From contig JAUGWO010000112.1 in the NCBI GenBank assembly GCA_049724395.1, positions 1 through 64,000 of the forward strand: DNA of 64,000 nucleotides. Direction: 5' to 3'. The notes beneath the pieces are model-generated. The model did no database searches and was not told the DNA's origin. It was given only the letters and a program-made list of their open reading frames with translations. Source of the DNA: Spongospora subterranea f. sp. subterranea (taxonomy: Eukaryota). The number at the start of each line of letters is the position of its first letter. Within the stretch, counting starts at the first letter, position 1. The position numbers were made by a program, and so were the translations under genes. This document shows, one piece after another, positions 62,270 to 64,000 of this stretch.

Positions 62270-62523
62270 CTGTGATGATGATCGACAGATCGTGTCGGGT
62301 GTTCGAAAACGTTCGAACAGACGACGTTTACGCCCCCTACCCCCAATGCGCCCGTAGCGCCATGTGCCCGGTATTCACGTACTGTATATATACATGTATA
62401 CCGTTCATGGTTTGACTGGCGGCGATAATATCGCCAGAGAACGCCAACGTGTTGAGCCGAAGGTGATCGGTGGGTGGTGTGGCGGTGTCGGTTGTGTGTG
62501 TGGCGATCCCCTAACAATATAGC

Positions 62524-62725
62524 GATATTCCCATTGTCTGTCGGTATTGTGTAATCCCCTCCCCCTCATGATGAAGACCTGCCAGACACGACCCCCCTCC
62601 AATCCTGTTCGTCAGATATTCCCATTGTCTGTCGGTATTGTGTAATCCCCTCCCCCTCATGATGAAGACCTGCCAGACACGACCCCCCTCCAATCCTGTT
62701 CGTCAGATATTCCCATTGTCTGTCG
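62524..62725. repeat. 91-bp direct repeat x2.2 in a divergent promoter region
   Basis: Copies start at 62524, 62615 and 62706. Confidence 0.9.
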
Positions 62726-63015
62726 TTAAGGCGTATGCCAGTTGGTCATAGGTCGTGTGCCGAATAATATCATCATCATCTGCCCGTCCCTTTATCTATC
62801 GTCCTGAGATCGTCTAGAATAATCCCCCGATCACGTGGTATTTGTTGGTGTGGTTTGGTCCTGGATCCCCCTCCCCCCTCCTCCCTTCCAGTCCCTCCCC
62901 CTCATTTACCCATCGTCGTCATTCCCCCGTTCTTCCCTTCCTCCCACACCCCTTCGCCAAGTGCCAGGGTGGATCGCTAAACCCAATATCGTCATCCCTT
63001 CGATCCACCACCAGT

Positions 63016-64000
63016 ATGGACGGTGCCATGAGCGTGGCGCTAGATGTGATAGAGCCAGGAGCGATGATCTGCACAACCCTGGATATTGACGGGATGACCT
63101 GTTCGGTCTGTTCAGGAACCGTTGAGCGTGCTCTAACGGCCGTTCCTGGCGTCTCTAATGCCTACGTCAATCTATCCACAAACACAGCTAAAGTATCAGC
63201 CGGCGCATAACCGCGCCATGGCGCCATTCGCTAAACCCCGTCGGTTCAGGTTTATTCCCATCAGTGTATGGACAACAGCACGCTGTGTAGCGCCGTTGAG
63301 GAGATCGGGTTCGGAGCGGCCATATCGTCAACCGGATCGAAACGATCATCGGGCCGTGTCCTGCTGACCATTCCCGATCAGAAAGCGGTTGATTTCCTGT
63401 TGTCGATGGACGGCGTCGAGGAAGTTGTCGCCCTTGATGGGCACCAAGTTCGTATCGATTATAGCCCAACGCTGTGTAAAGCGCGAACCATATTGGAGCA
63501 GGTCGGGGTCGACAAAACGACCGGCGGTGTTGGCAATTTGGTGATTGTGTGTTCCGGTGTAGCTCCAACAGCATGGGTACTCAGCCGAGATCACCAAACA
63601 GTTCAGCGATCACCATCACCGGAAGGCGCACATGGAGGCGCGCCAGGAGGCGGAATCAGGTCAGATTGCTGCTCGGACGACATCGAATCGGGGAAATTGA
63701 CACAAGTAATGCGATCAGATCGATGGTTGTCGCGGTTCTGGATCTCATTATCGTTGACGATCCCCGTATTCTTCATCTGTATGACCGATTCCCTATCCGA
63801 GATCAAGCTGGTTCACGATTGCTCGTACCGGACGATTCTCCTGGCGGTGTTCGTGACCCCCGTTCAGTTCTACGTCGGATCCGGGTTCTATATCGGTGGG
63901 ATGAACGCCATTCGGGCTGGGGCGGCCAATATGGACGTGCTCGTTGTGTTGGGCACCACCGCTGCATATTCATATTCCATGGCCTCCTTGATCTTCATGG
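63016..64000 (+). CDS. P1B-type copper-transporting ATPase, 5' part
   Basis: HMA motif GMTCSVC; TPVQF..GF..ANMDVLVVLGTTAAY. Confidence 0.92.

Overview
Eukaryotic genomic DNA with short (~50-60 nt) GT-AG introns. Gene content and intron size suggest a protist such as a plasmodiophorid; that is inference only. About 1-33 kb is a nested transposon cluster: at least five Ty1/copia elements, a young Ty3/gypsy element, other gypsy remnants, a 113-bp-LTR TRIM family (solo, single and tandem copies), a ~420-bp SINE-like family with (ATACC)n tails, and an apparently intact PIF/Harbinger. Many insertions have readable TSDs. About 33.6-64 kb is gene-dense: UBR1-like E3 ligase, small secreted protein, Wee1-like kinase, G-alpha, ABHD hydrolase, PEX19, NUP62, POLD3-like and a Cu-ATPase. 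It also holds a MULE relic, two tandem arrays and a decayed RNase H-bearing LINE. The most notable signal is the range of reverse-transcription priming modes. The gypsy and the TRIM lack a tRNA PBS and instead pair with their own LTR (Tf1-like self-priming). Three copia elements have PBSs matching internal halves of tRNA-Asn, tRNA-Lys and tRNA-iMet in the same register. The gypsy also has an in-frame gag UGA followed by a hairpin, suggesting readthrough.
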